From Dehalococcoidia bacterium (GTDB lineage Bacteria > Chloroflexota > Dehalococcoidia > UBA6926), in assembly GCA_963666115.2 (NCBI GenBank), contig CAXXET010000006.1, positions 512,001 to 576,000 of the forward strand: a stretch of DNA of 64,000 bases, read 5' to 3'. A model generated the notes under the pieces. That model ran no database searches. It was given only the letters and a program-made list of their open reading frames with translations, and was not told the origin of the DNA. Shown here in pieces: positions 9,492-18,938 of this stretch (its first letter is position 1; each line of letters starts with the position of its first letter). The translations under genes were made by a program, and so were the position numbers.

Positions 9492-10817
9492 CTATTCAGG
9501 CGTGCCCTCGTCCGCTCCCCGCCGCCGCATGATCAGGTACGCCCCCGCTCCCAGCAGGGCCAGCACGACCAGCCCGCCTACTATCGCGCCCGCGCCCAGT
9601 ACGCCGTCGCCAGGCTCAGGCGTGGCGGTGGGCGGCGGCGGGGGCGTTGCCGTCGGGGCAGGAGTCGGCGTATTCGTCGGCTCCGGTGTTGCCGTCGGCT
9701 CCGGTGTGGGCGTCGGCGTATTCGTGGGCACCGGCGGCGGCGGTGTTGCCGTGGGCCGTGGTGTCGCTGTGGGCGTCGCCGTGGGCCGTGGTATCGCCGT
9801 GGCCTCCGGCGTCGGTGTTGCCGTCGGCTCGAATACCGGGATAACCGTGATCCGCAAAGTCTGCTTCGCCGTGTGCAGGACGCCGTCGATCACGCCGCTC
9901 GCGGTCACCGTGATAGTCGTGTTGCCTTCGCTCCTGGCGATGATGCGCAGCCGTGTTGCTCCCTGGAGACGCACTTCGGCAATCGCAGGACGGGCCGACA
10001 CTGCGTCGTATGTCGCCTTCGCACCGGCCGGTTCCACCGTGAACCCCTGGTCGATGTTGTCAACGAACCGGAGGCCTCCCACTTCCAGTGTTCCCACGCG
10101 GGGATTCCAGTCGCTGTTCGCGGTGATGCTGCTCACCGGCACGTCCACGGGCCCCGGGCTCGGGAGGGCGGGCAAACTGAAGCTGACGCTGCTCAGCGCG
10201 GTTCCGTCACAGTTCGTGCCCAGCCACCAGGAGAATGTGTAATCGTAGCCCGGCGTCAGATCGGTGAGCGGCGCGCGGTCCGCGTTATAGACCGTCGTGC
10301 AGGACCCCGCGCCAGGCGCCGTTTGGCGATACGACCAATCGGTGGCAGTGCTGGTGATGCCCAATGTCGCCGTGGTTTCTTCGATATCGAAGGCGGTCAG
10401 CCTGTACGTGGTGAAGGTAATGATGTCGTTTATGGGGCCGCAATCGCTGTGGGCGTATATCGTGTAGGTGTAGGTGGTTCCCGGCGTCAAGCCCGTGAGA
10501 TGCGCCGCGGGATTCGTGAAGCCGGTGCGGATGGTTGTGCAGGCAGTGTCCGGTCCCTTGTCGGCCGCGTACCACCACTCGAAGATGTTCGGCTGGTCGG
10601 TGATACGCAGTGTTGCGGTGGTTTCCGTGATGTCTTCCACGACAACGGGGTCTTGTTGCGCCTCTGTGGGCGCGGCGCCGAGGGCCTGGATGCTGAGGAA
10701 AGCGGCAAGGACGGCGATCAACCAAAAGATGGCGTATCGTCCGCCGGGCCGGGATAAAGCAAACCGGCCCCTACCCGAACCGCGTGGTAAACCCCGGTGG
10801 TCAGATCGATTTTTCAT
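9492..10817 (-). CDS. Cell-surface protein: signal peptide, two FN3-like repeats, Ig-like domain, Pro/Thr linker, C-terminal TM anchor
   Basis: EDITETTATL...LTGLTPGTTYTY repeats, PTATP runs, GAGAYLIMRRRG tail. Confidence 0.8.
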   Translation of the reverse strand: MKNRSDHRGLPRGSGRGRFALSRPGGRYAIFWLIAVLAAFLSIQALGAAPTEAQQDPVVVEDITETTATLRITDQPNIFEWWYAADKGPDTACTTIRTGFTNPAAHLTGLTPGTTYTYTIYAHSDCGPINDIITFTTYRLTAFDIEETTATLGITSTATDWSYRQTAPGAGSCTTVYNADRAPLTDLTPGYDYTFSWWLGTNCDGTALSSVSFSLPALPSPGPVDVPVSSITANSDWNPRVGTLEVGGLRFVDNIDQGFTVEPAGAKATYDAVSARPAIAEVRLQGATRLRIIARSEGNTTITVTASGVIDGVLHTAKQTLRITVIPVFEPTATPTPEATAIPRPTATPTATPRPTATPPPPVPTNTPTPTPEPTATPEPTNTPTPAPTATPPPPPTATPEPGDGVLGAGAIVGGLVVLALLGAGAYLIMRRRGADEGTPE

Positions 10818-10935
10818 GCACGCTATTCAACTTTCCCGCAGCCGCGCTCTGCGTATTAAGTCTAGCAGAGGGGGCAACGGGGCTTTTTCAGAGGGCTGGC
10901 TCCCGCTTTCACGGGAAAAACGCAGGGCGGCGGCG

Positions 10936-12222
10936 CTATTCGGGCGTGCCGGCTTCTGTGCCGCGCCGCCGCATGATCAGGTACGCCCCCGCTCCCAGGA
11001 TGGCCAGGATGACCAGCCCGCCGATGATCGCGCCCGCGCCTATCCCGCCCTCAGGCTCGGGCGTGGCGGTGGGCGGCGGCGGGGGTGTTGCCGTCGCGGT
11101 GGCCGTCGGCTCCGGCATCGGCGTCGGGGTGGCCGTCGGCTCCGGCATCGGTGTCGGCGTATTCGTGGGCACCGGCGGCGGCGGGGTTGCCGTGGGCCGC
11201 GGCGTCGCCGTGGGCGTCGCTGTCGGCGCCGGGATTGCCGTGGCCTCAGGCGTCGGCTCAGGTGTCGGCTCGACGTCCGATGGCGCCACGCGAACCGTAA
11301 ACATCTGCGTATCGGTATGCAGGACGCCGTCGATCACGGCCGTCGCGGTCACAGTAATGGTCGTTCTGCCCTCGCCCACAGGCCGCACGCGCAGCGTCGT
11401 TGCGCCCATGAGCATGACACTGGCGACGTTAGACTGGGCTGACGCAACCTCGTATGTCGCCTTCGCTCCGGCAGGTTCAACAATGAAACCGTCGTCGATA
11501 TTCTCAAGGAAGAACGCCGAACTGCCCTCCTGGCGATAAGGCACGTTAGGACTCCAGTCGCTGTTCGCCGTCAGGCTGCTCGGCGGAACATCCACCGGTG
11601 TTGGCGCCGCCGGAACGCCGGACGTCGTGAAGCTGACGCTGCTCAGGGTGCTGTCGGTGCATCCCTTGCCCAGCCACCATGAGTAGTTGTAGTCGGTGGC
11701 AGCAGACAGGCCGGTGAGCGTCGTGCGGTCATTGTTGAAGACCGTCGTGCAGGTCGTTGACCCGGGCGCGGTCTCCCGGTACGACCAATCGGTCGCGGCG
11801 CCCGTGATGCCCAGCTTGGCCGTTTTGTCTCCAATCTCAAAGGCGGTGAGCTTGTACGTCGTGAACGTTACCGGGTCTTCGATTATCCCTGCGCAGCCTT
11901 CGGAGACGAATACCGAATACGTGTAGGTGACTCCGGGCGTCAGGCCGGTGAGCTTCGCCGGCGGGTTCATGTCGCCGGTGCGGGCGCTCACACAACTCGT
12001 GTGCGGGCCCTTGTTGGCGCTGTACGACCATACCGCGCTCGCGTGGTTGTCCAGGCGAAGTGTCGCCGTCGTTTCCGCAATGTCTTCGATGATTATTTGC
12101 GTGCCCTGTGCGCTGGCAGGCGCTGCGGTGAGGGCCTGGATGCTGAGGATGGCGGCAAGGACGGCGGCGAGGCCAACGATGATAAAAAGTGACAAAACCG
12201 GGGGGTGACGCTGATTATTCAT
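10936..12222 (-). CDS. Cell-surface protein, close paralog of 9492-10817
   Basis: Same domain order and near-identical linker and tail. Confidence 0.8.
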   Translation of the reverse strand: MNNQRHPPVLSLFIIVGLAAVLAAILSIQALTAAPASAQGTQIIIEDIAETTATLRLDNHASAVWSYSANKGPHTSCVSARTGDMNPPAKLTGLTPGVTYTYSVFVSEGCAGIIEDPVTFTTYKLTAFEIGDKTAKLGITGAATDWSYRETAPGSTTCTTVFNNDRTTLTGLSAATDYNYSWWLGKGCTDSTLSSVSFTTSGVPAAPTPVDVPPSSLTANSDWSPNVPYRQEGSSAFFLENIDDGFIVEPAGAKATYEVASAQSNVASVMLMGATTLRVRPVGEGRTTITVTATAVIDGVLHTDTQMFTVRVAPSDVEPTPEPTPEATAIPAPTATPTATPRPTATPPPPVPTNTPTPMPEPTATPTPMPEPTATATATPPPPPTATPEPEGGIGAGAIIGGLVILAILGAGAYLIMRRRGTEAGTPE

Positions 12223-12301
12223 GGGCGCTATTCAACTCTCTTCTGCAGCCGCGCTCTGCGTTTCATGCGTGTTAAGTGTACCAGAGGGGGGCAACGGGGC
12301 A

Positions 12302-12337
12302 GAAAGAACGAGGGGGTGCGCGTCGCGCACCCCCTCG
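12302..12337 (-). terminator. Rho-independent terminator
   Basis: CGAGGGGGTGCGC/GCGCACCCCCTCG hairpin followed by TTCTTTCT on the minus strand, downstream of 12360-13520. Confidence 0.75.
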
Positions 12338-12359
12338 CTGGTGTCGGGTTTAAGCCGGG

Positions 12360-13520
12360 TTAGCGGAGGTTTTGGTCTCCGTTTGTTGCGTCATCGTCAC
12401 CGTCGCCGCCCTCGGTATCATCGACGCCGTCATCGTCCCCGGCGTCATCGCCTGCGGGCGAATCGTCCAGGCTGTTTGCGGGGGCGCCGTCCGGGCCGTT
12501 CCCGCCGCCTCCGCGCCGCTGTAGCAGGAAGTACGCGCCTGCGCCGATGATGGCCAGGATGATGAGTCCGATGATGATCGCGCTGAGGCCGATCCCGCCT
12601 ACTTCAGGCTCAGTGGGCGTCGCCGTCGGCGGCACGGGTGTCGCGGTTGGCACAGGTGTCGCGGTCGGCGGCACGGGTGTTGCGGTCGGCGGCACGGGTG
12701 TTGCCGTGGGGACTTCAGGTGTCGGGGTTGGCGGCACGGGCGTCGGGGTTGGCGGCACGGGCGTCGCGGTTGGCGGGATAGGCGTGGCCGTCGGCGGGAC
12801 GGGTGTGGCCGTTGGAGGGACGTACTCGCCGGAAACGCGAACCTTGACGGTGCTCATTGCCGACGCGCCGCGATCCGGGTCTGCCGTGATCGTCAGTGTG
12901 GTCTTACCCTCGTCGGCGCCGACAAGCCTGGCATTCGAGCCGGTGATAACCGGCCTGGCGACGACCTGTTGATTGCCGACCGTGACAGTGTAGGTAACTG
13001 CCGTATCTGAATCATGGATGGAGAAGTACTGTGAGAGGTCTATGTTCCTGGCGCTGTCGGCGCCGAGGGCGATATCCCGCGGCATCGCGGCGGCGGTTAC
13101 GTTCGCCTTCGCCATTACCTCAATCGTGGCGGTATCGGAGTCGCCGACGCCGATGGTGAGCGTGTAGGTTGTGCCGCCCATCAACTCCTTGCCTGCCGCA
13201 AGAGTGAGATTGCGAGAGCCTATGTCGTCTGTGTCTCCCAGGGCGAACGTTCCCGCATCGTCCCCTGTCAATGTTGCGCCAAGCGGCATGCCCTGCGCCT
13301 TGGGAGTCAGAATCGCGATGGTGCTGCCCGCGCCGGTGTTGTCCAGGACGGAGACTTTGCAGGTCCCGTCGGCTTCTATCGAGCACGGTGTCGGTGTCCC
13401 GTGCGTTGCCGCTGCGGATGGCGTGGCGGCTGGGGCCTGGAAGGCAAAGAATGCGGCGGCGAGGGCCGCGAAAGCGAGGATGAGATAGCGGGTGGCCGGG
13501 TGTTTGAGTTCAATCTTCAT
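12360..13520 (-). CDS. Cell-surface protein with cadherin-like and Ig-like domains, PTATPVP repeats, TM anchor and acidic tail
   Basis: Start MKIELK after RBS AAGGA; [13 protein letters not shown]...LTGDDAGTF cadherin-like segment; [12 protein letters not shown] tail. Confidence 0.78.
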   Translation of the reverse strand: MKIELKHPATRYLILAFAALAAAFFAFQAPAATPSAAATHGTPTPCSIEADGTCKVSVLDNTGAGSTIAILTPKAQGMPLGATLTGDDAGTFALGDTDDIGSRNLTLAAGKELMGGTTYTLTIGVGDSDTATIEVMAKANVTAAAMPRDIALGADSARNIDLSQYFSIHDSDTAVTYTVTVGNQQVVARPVITGSNARLVGADEGKTTLTITADPDRGASAMSTVKVRVSGEYVPPTATPVPPTATPIPPTATPVPPTPTPVPPTPTPEVPTATPVPPTATPVPPTATPVPTATPVPPTATPTEPEVGGIGLSAIIIGLIILAIIGAGAYFLLQRRGGGGNGPDGAPANSLDDSPAGDDAGDDDGVDDTEGGDGDDDATNGDQNLR

Positions 13521-13703
13521 GGACGCTGTATATTCCTTTCCGCAGCCGCGTTGTGTGGTCTTGGTTGGCAGGACGTGGCCTGACAACTCGCCTCCCCCGC
13601 GTGCGGGGCGCGCAAGCGCCCACGCGCGGTCATGCAGGGATTGCATGACCCTTGTCCGTAGGATTGTAGCAAGTATGGGCGGCGCTAGCAATAGCGGGGT
13701 GCG

Positions 13704-14546
13704 TTACAGCGCCTGCCAGTGGCGCTTGTTGTTCACGCGGATGACGCGCCCGATGTTGGAGCCGACGGGCATGTGGCCCGATGCGACGATGAGCCCCTCA
13801 TCCTCAAGACGCTGAACAAGCGATGCCCGCGTCTGCGCGGCGAGCGGCTTGTCAACGTCAAACCCGACGTTCCATGACGTTTCCGTTAACTGCGCGGCGG
13901 TGTGGAAGGCGTCGCCGATGATAATTGCCTTCTCGCCGCCGGAGCTGATGAGGAAGCACTGGTGGCCGGGCGTGTGGCCCGGCGTCACGAGCGTGGTGAT
14001 CTCGTCCGTGATCGCCTCGCCGTCGCCGACGATCTCCAGCGCGTTGAAGTCCTGGAGGGGGATGATGTTGTTCTCCACGTGGGGGGAGTTGGGGAGGACG
14101 TCCGCAGAGGTAAAATAGTCCCAGTCGCCCTGCGGGATGCTGTAGGCGGCGTTGGGGAACGTGGGGCGGGGAGTGTCGCCGTCCCACGTGACGTTCCAGC
14201 CGACGTGGTCGCCGTGCAAGTGGGTAATGAGGACGCGCGAGATGTCGTCCGCGTCGATGCCCGCGCCGTTGAGCTGGTCCATGAGTTGGCCGCCGATGCC
14301 GCCCATCGCCTCATGGGGCCCGCGCCCAAGGCCCGTATCGACGAGCATCGTCTGCCCGCGTGAGCGCAGCGCGAAAAATCCCATCTGGAAAGGAAGCTGC
14401 CCATAAGGCGTCAGCGTATCCTTATAAGCGTCCCACGCCGAGGCAGGAACATCAGGAAACACCATCCCAGTATCCCGAGGCGCCGGCCCAATATCAACAA
14501 ACGCAAGAATTTGGACGTTGCCGATAGAAATCGTCGTGGACGTCAT
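13704..14546 (-). CDS. MBL-fold metallo-hydrolase (AHL-lactonase/MPH-like)
   Basis: THLHGDHVG, PGHTPGH, GDAFH motifs. Confidence 0.9.
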   Translation of the reverse strand: MTSTTISIGNVQILAFVDIGPAPRDTGMVFPDVPASAWDAYKDTLTPYGQLPFQMGFFALRSRGQTMLVDTGLGRGPHEAMGGIGGQLMDQLNGAGIDADDISRVLITHLHGDHVGWNVTWDGDTPRPTFPNAAYSIPQGDWDYFTSADVLPNSPHVENNIIPLQDFNALEIVGDGEAITDEITTLVTPGHTPGHQCFLISSGGEKAIIIGDAFHTAAQLTETSWNVGFDVDKPLAAQTRASLVQRLEDEGLIVASGHMPVGSNIGRVIRVNNKRHWQAL

Positions 14547-14576
14547 GATGCCTTCTTCCCGATGCGCCCTCATGAG

Positions 14577-14789
14577 CTAGGCGTAATAGAGGCGGTCGCC
14601 CTTCGGTTGGGGCACCTCCGCCCCGTCCTCACGCGCGGTATCGATCCAGAACTCCATGGCCTCGGTGATGCTCTTGAGCGCCTCCTCATAGGTATCGCCG
14701 TGTGCCATGCAGCCGGGTAGTTCCGGCACGTCGGCGATATAGACCTCGTCCACGTTGCTCCAGTAGATGATGATCTCATATTGCAGCAC
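14577..14789 (-). CDS. hicB: HicB family antitoxin
   Basis: VPELPGCMAHGDTYEEAL motif. Confidence 0.9.
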   Translation of the reverse strand: MLQYEIIIYWSNVDEVYIADVPELPGCMAHGDTYEEALKSITEAMEFWIDTAREDGAEVPQPKGDRLYYA

Positions 14790-15046
14790 TACTCACCTCC
14801 AAACAGGCCGCTCTCTATGATAGCGTCCCTAACCTGGCGCACCTGGTACCCTTTCGCTTGCCCACCCAATCGCTGGATATTGATCCGACCGGCGAAGTCG
14901 CTTCTTGTGAATATGTGGTGACTCCCCCTGATTCGCTCTCTGAATCCGTGGCGGCGCAGGAACGTGCGGAGGTCATCGAACCGCATGTTGTTGTCGGATC
15001 GCCCACTGAGAATCCTACGCCCTATCCTGTCGTCTCCGTTCACCAC
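14789..15046 (-). CDS. hicA: HicA family toxin
   Basis: GF..RIRGSHHIF, AKGYQVRQV; coupled to hicB. Confidence 0.88.
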   Translation of the reverse strand: MVNGDDRIGRRILSGRSDNNMRFDDLRTFLRRHGFRERIRGSHHIFTRSDFAGRINIQRLGGQAKGYQVRQVRDAIIESGLFGGE

Positions 15047-15126
15047 TGTATGGTAGCGCGTTAAGAGGTGGGGTGTAAGGGCGTCCTCGGTGCTATACTT
15101 GCGGACATGATGCGGGTGTGGACCGG

Positions 15127-15909
15127 ATGATGCGCCAAGTGTATGTGGGCTCTGTTGAGCCTCGTGTTGGGAAGACTGTCATCGCGTCTGCCCTTGCGCG
15201 CCTTGGCGTGGACGCGGCGGAGGTTGACGCCGGGGCTTCGGATGCCGAGGTTCTCCTCGTATTGTGGTATGACGAGCATTCAATGGGGGAGGGCGACGCG
15301 TCCGCCATCCGCGCGGCGGCGGAACGATTCGGCGACCGAATCTCCCACATCATCATCAACGCCGTGCCGGAACTGCGGATGCGCTATGTGGAAACGTCGC
15401 TCCTGCCCGCCGTCGCGGACGCCGGGCTTCCTCCCGTTGCCGCCTTAAAGCAGGATCGGCTGCTCAGCGCGCCGACGATGCGCGAGATCGTGGAGCATCT
15501 TGACGCGGACGTGGTGGCGCACCCGGAGGGGCTGGACGTTCTTGTGCCTCGCGTGATGCTCGGCGCGCTCGCGCTCGACGGCGGCATCTACTACTACGGG
15601 CAGACCGACCGGAAGATCGTGGTAACGCGGTGGGACCGCCCCGACCTCCAGATGCCCGCCATGGCGACGGGCTGCCAGGGGCTCATTCTGACGGGCGGGC
15701 AGGGGCCGATTCCGTATGTGCAGAATCGCGTCGATGAGCTGCGGATACCCGTGGCTGTCGTGCCCGGCGGCACGGTCGCCACGGCCACACGCCTGAGCGA
15801 CGGCGCGCTCGGCGGGCGCGGCCGGATGCACCCGGACAAGGTCGCCGTGATGGCGGGCCACTTAAAGGACACCCCGCTCGCGCAGGACCTCCTGGCGGTC
15901 TCCGCATGA
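15127..15909 (+). CDS. DRTGG-domain protein (phosphotransacetylase N-terminal / BioD-like)
   Basis: VGKT P-loop remnant, VVTRWDRPDLQ and LILTGG DRTGG motifs. Confidence 0.8.
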   Translation: MMRQVYVGSVEPRVGKTVIASALARLGVDAAEVDAGASDAEVLLVLWYDEHSMGEGDASAIRAAAERFGDRISHIIINAVPELRMRYVETSLLPAVADAGLPPVAALKQDRLLSAPTMREIVEHLDADVVAHPEGLDVLVPRVMLGALALDGGIYYYGQTDRKIVVTRWDRPDLQMPAMATGCQGLILTGGQGPIPYVQNRVDELRIPVAVVPGGTVATATRLSDGALGGRGRMHPDKVAVMAGHLKDTPLAQDLLAVSA

Positions 15910-16436
15910 CGGAGGCCGACGAGGCGCACATCCTCGGCCCTGCCGACCAGTTCGACATCGAGGCCGTGGGGCAGCCGGGCGACCGTCGATTCAGAATCCT
16001 CGTGCAGGGCCCGGGCGGCGATGCCACCATCTGGCTTGAAAAAGAGGACATGAGCCGCCTCGCGCTGTCCATCGAGCGCCTCCTCCAGATGGTTCAACGA
16101 AGCGTCGAGGAGGCCTCGTCGCGGCGGGTCAACATGGAGGAGCTGCCCCGGGAATCGCCCTCGCGTTCTTTCGAGTTCCAGTCCGGCTCATGGGCCGTCG
16201 GCTACCTGGAATCGGCGCACGTGATCGAGTTCCAGGCGCACGACATCGAGGACGAGGAGGATTCCCAGCCGCGCCTCCGCTTCTGGACGACGATGGCGCA
16301 GTGCCGCGATTGGTCGGCCAGCGCGCTGGAGGCCTACTCCGCCGGGCGCCCCCGATGCCCGCTGTGCCACGGCCCCCTGAACCCCGGAATGAATCACGTG
16401 TGCCCGATGGCGAACGGCCACCATGCAGCGTCCTGA
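15906..16436 (+). CDS. DUF3090 family protein
   Basis: AVGQPGDRRF, WLEKE, AGRPRCPLC..P...HVCPMANGH. Confidence 0.88.
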   Translation: MTEADEAHILGPADQFDIEAVGQPGDRRFRILVQGPGGDATIWLEKEDMSRLALSIERLLQMVQRSVEEASSRRVNMEELPRESPSRSFEFQSGSWAVGYLESAHVIEFQAHDIEDEEDSQPRLRFWTTMAQCRDWSASALEAYSAGRPRCPLCHGPLNPGMNHVCPMANGHHAAS

Positions 16437-17166
16437 AGGCTGCGACTACGCGAATCCCGCGCCGGATATCGTTGCGGCGATCACCGGCGGGGATTTCGTG
16501 GACATGCGCCCGCATCCGTACGGCTCGAACGCGGTTTTCACGGGGCTGATCGAAGGGCCGGCGGGGCGAGCGAGGGTCATCTACAAGCCGCAGCGGGGTG
16601 AAGCGCCGCTGTGGGATTTCCCGCCGGGCACGCTGTATTTAAGGGAGTGCGCGGCGTTTGAACTGAGCCGCGCGCTGGGCTGGCGCATGGTTCCGTTCAC
16701 CATCGCGCGGGACGGGCCGTACGGCATCGGCGCGGTGCAGATTTTCGTCGAGCACAACCCGGCGGAAACGTATTTCACGCTCCGGAATGAGCGCTGGGAC
16801 GATCTGCGGCGGATGGCGCTGTTCGACGCGCTGGCGAACAACGCGGACCGCAAGGGAAGCCATTGCCTGCGTGATGAAGCCGGGAGTTTGTGGGGCATCG
16901 ACCATGGCCTGATGTTCAACGAGGACTACAAGCTGCGGACGGTGATCTGGGATTTTGAGGGGGAGCAGATACCGGACGGCCTGCTGGACGATCTCCGGGA
17001 TTTGCGCCCGCGTTTGGAGGAGGGCGGGGATTGCGCCGCGCTGATGGGCGGGTTCCTTTCACGGTATGAGGTGGAGGCGCTGCGAGAGCGTCTGGAGGTC
17101 TTGGTGGAGGAGGGCATATTCCCCGTGGCTGGCCTAGGCCGCAACGTCCCCTGGCCCCCGCTCTAA
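16423..17166 (+). CDS. SCO1664 family PI3/4-kinase-like protein
   Basis: YKPQRGEAPLWDFP, NNADRKGSH, IDHGLMF, KLRTVIWDF, PWP. Confidence 0.92.
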   Translation: MQRPEGCDYANPAPDIVAAITGGDFVDMRPHPYGSNAVFTGLIEGPAGRARVIYKPQRGEAPLWDFPPGTLYLRECAAFELSRALGWRMVPFTIARDGPYGIGAVQIFVEHNPAETYFTLRNERWDDLRRMALFDALANNADRKGSHCLRDEAGSLWGIDHGLMFNEDYKLRTVIWDFEGEQIPDGLLDDLRDLRPRLEEGGDCAALMGGFLSRYEVEALRERLEVLVEEGIFPVAGLGRNVPWPPL

Positions 17167-18077
17167 CGCCGCCGTTCCGCCCACCACCGCCTGAGCCGGA
17201 GAATATACCGCGAGCGCAGGTGAACCCGTTCCCCCGCGTGCGCCGCCACCTCCGCGCCGCCCGCCAATATGGCCCCCCGCCACCCATGCAGGTCATCCAG
17301 GGACACGCCCTCGTCTCCGAAAGAGGCGAACTCCGACCACGGCCCGCGCCACGCCTGCTTTTCAAGCACCCGCCCGCCCGCCTCCTCCACGAGGAGCACG
17401 CCGGCGGCCACGTCCCATATCTTGGGCTGGGCAAAGAGGACTAGCTGCATTGATCCCCGCGCAACCAGCGTCATCTCATAGGCGACAGAGCCGAGAGACC
17501 GGACCTCCCCCAGTCGCATTCGCAGGCCGTCCTTGAACCCCCACGTGCGCCAGTACCAGGACGGCATTCCGGTGAGCCGCCCGCGCTCCGGCTCCGCGTT
17601 GGGGGTGACGGCGATGGGCCTGCCGTCCTGGAACGCCCCTGCTCCCCGCCGCGCGTGGATGACGGAGCCGCCGTCCGGGCCGGGGACGAAGATTGCTGCC
17701 ACGGCAGGACGGCCCCTGTGCAGGACGCCGATGGATGACGCGAAGACGGGGAAGCCGTTCAGGAAATTCGTCGTGCCGTCGAGCGGATCAAGCACCCACA
17801 CGAATTCGGCGGAGCCGTGCTCCGAGTTGGCGTTCTCCTCGCCGACGATGCCGTGATCGGGGAACGCCGTGGCAATTGCCGACCGCAGCCAGTCCTCGGA
17901 CGCGCGGTCGGCCTGCGTCACGGGGTCGCGTCGTCCCTCGGTCTTGTACTCGATCTCCAGCGGCTTGCGAAAGTGGTCGAGGAGGATGTCGCCGGCGCCC
18001 CGCGCAAACTCAACGGCGCGGCGCTCGATCTCCTCGAGTTGGGCCGCGTGTCCTGTAGCATCATCGGAATCCGTCAC
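17163..18077 (-). CDS. Inositol monophosphatase family protein
   Basis: GEE, WVLDPLDGTTNF, WDVAAG motifs. Confidence 0.92.
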   Translation of the reverse strand: MTDSDDATGHAAQLEEIERRAVEFARGAGDILLDHFRKPLEIEYKTEGRRDPVTQADRASEDWLRSAIATAFPDHGIVGEENANSEHGSAEFVWVLDPLDGTTNFLNGFPVFASSIGVLHRGRPAVAAIFVPGPDGGSVIHARRGAGAFQDGRPIAVTPNAEPERGRLTGMPSWYWRTWGFKDGLRMRLGEVRSLGSVAYEMTLVARGSMQLVLFAQPKIWDVAAGVLLVEEAGGRVLEKQAWRGPWSEFASFGDEGVSLDDLHGWRGAILAGGAEVAAHAGERVHLRSRYILRLRRWWAERRR

Positions 18078-18122
18078 GCGCCCACCATAGCCACGCGCCC
18101 ATCACCCCGTCAAACACCCCCC

Positions 18123-18938
18123 CTAAATCACCCGCCTCTTATACGCCGCCGCAAGCGCAAACACACCCGTCGCAACGAGCGCCATCGCCGGGCCGGACGG
18201 CAGATTCACGTAATAGGAGAGGTACAGCCCCGCGATGGCGGAGAGCGAGCCGATGACCGCGCCGACGACCATGCCGCCAACGAACCGGCGCGCGAGCAGG
18301 TGGCCGGCGGCGGCGGGCGTGACGAGCATGGCCATGACCAGAACGATGCCGGCGGCCTGGATGCCGATCACGATGACCAGGGCGAGCAGCGTGAGCAGGG
18401 CGTAATCCAGGAGCCCGACGCGTATGCCCACGACCTCCGCGCTGACGGGGTCAAACGTGGCGTAGACGGCGAGGCGGTGAATTGCGTAGAGGCCGGCGAC
18501 GACCAGGGCGGCCAGCGCAAGCGAGACGTAGACGTCTGCCGTGGAGACGCCCAGAACCTGCCCGAGCAGCAAGTCCTCCACGTTAATGGTGAGTCCCTCC
18601 GCCGAACCCAACATGATGAGCCCCAGCGCGAACATTCCGGCGAAGACAATGCCGATCGCGGTGTCCTCGCCGATGCCGGTCTTGCGGCTGATGAAGCCCA
18701 TCGTGGCAGCGACGCCAACGCCCGCCGGCACCGCCGCGATCAGCGGGCTGAATCCCAGCATGAAGGCGACGACCATGCCGGGGAGGACGGCGTGCGCGAG
18801 CGCGTCGCCCATGAAGGAGCGCCCCCGCGCGATGACGTATGCGCCGATGATGGGGCACATCGCGCCGACGAGCACGGACACGATGAGCGCCCGGATCATG
18901 AAGCTGTATTGGAAGGGATCGAGGATGAACTCAGTCAT
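18123..18938 (-). CDS. Zn/Mn ABC transporter permease
   Basis: GDALAHAVLPG, EDTAIGI, LPSGP. Confidence 0.92.
   Translation of the reverse strand: MTEFILDPFQYSFMIRALIVSVLVGAMCPIIGAYVIARGRSFMGDALAHAVLPGMVVAFMLGFSPLIAAVPAGVGVAATMGFISRKTGIGEDTAIGIVFAGMFALGLIMLGSAEGLTINVEDLLLGQVLGVSTADVYVSLALAALVVAGLYAIHRLAVYATFDPVSAEVVGIRVGLLDYALLTLLALVIVIGIQAAGIVLVMAMLVTPAAAGHLLARRFVGGMVVGAVIGSLSAIAGLYLSYYVNLPSGPAMALVATGVFALAAAYKRRVI

Noticed and set aside
12600-12825. Tandem 21-nt repeats (also 9620-9830, 11055-11270) as a CRISPR array or VNTR system
   Set aside because: In-frame Pro/Thr linker codons; no unique spacers, no cas genes
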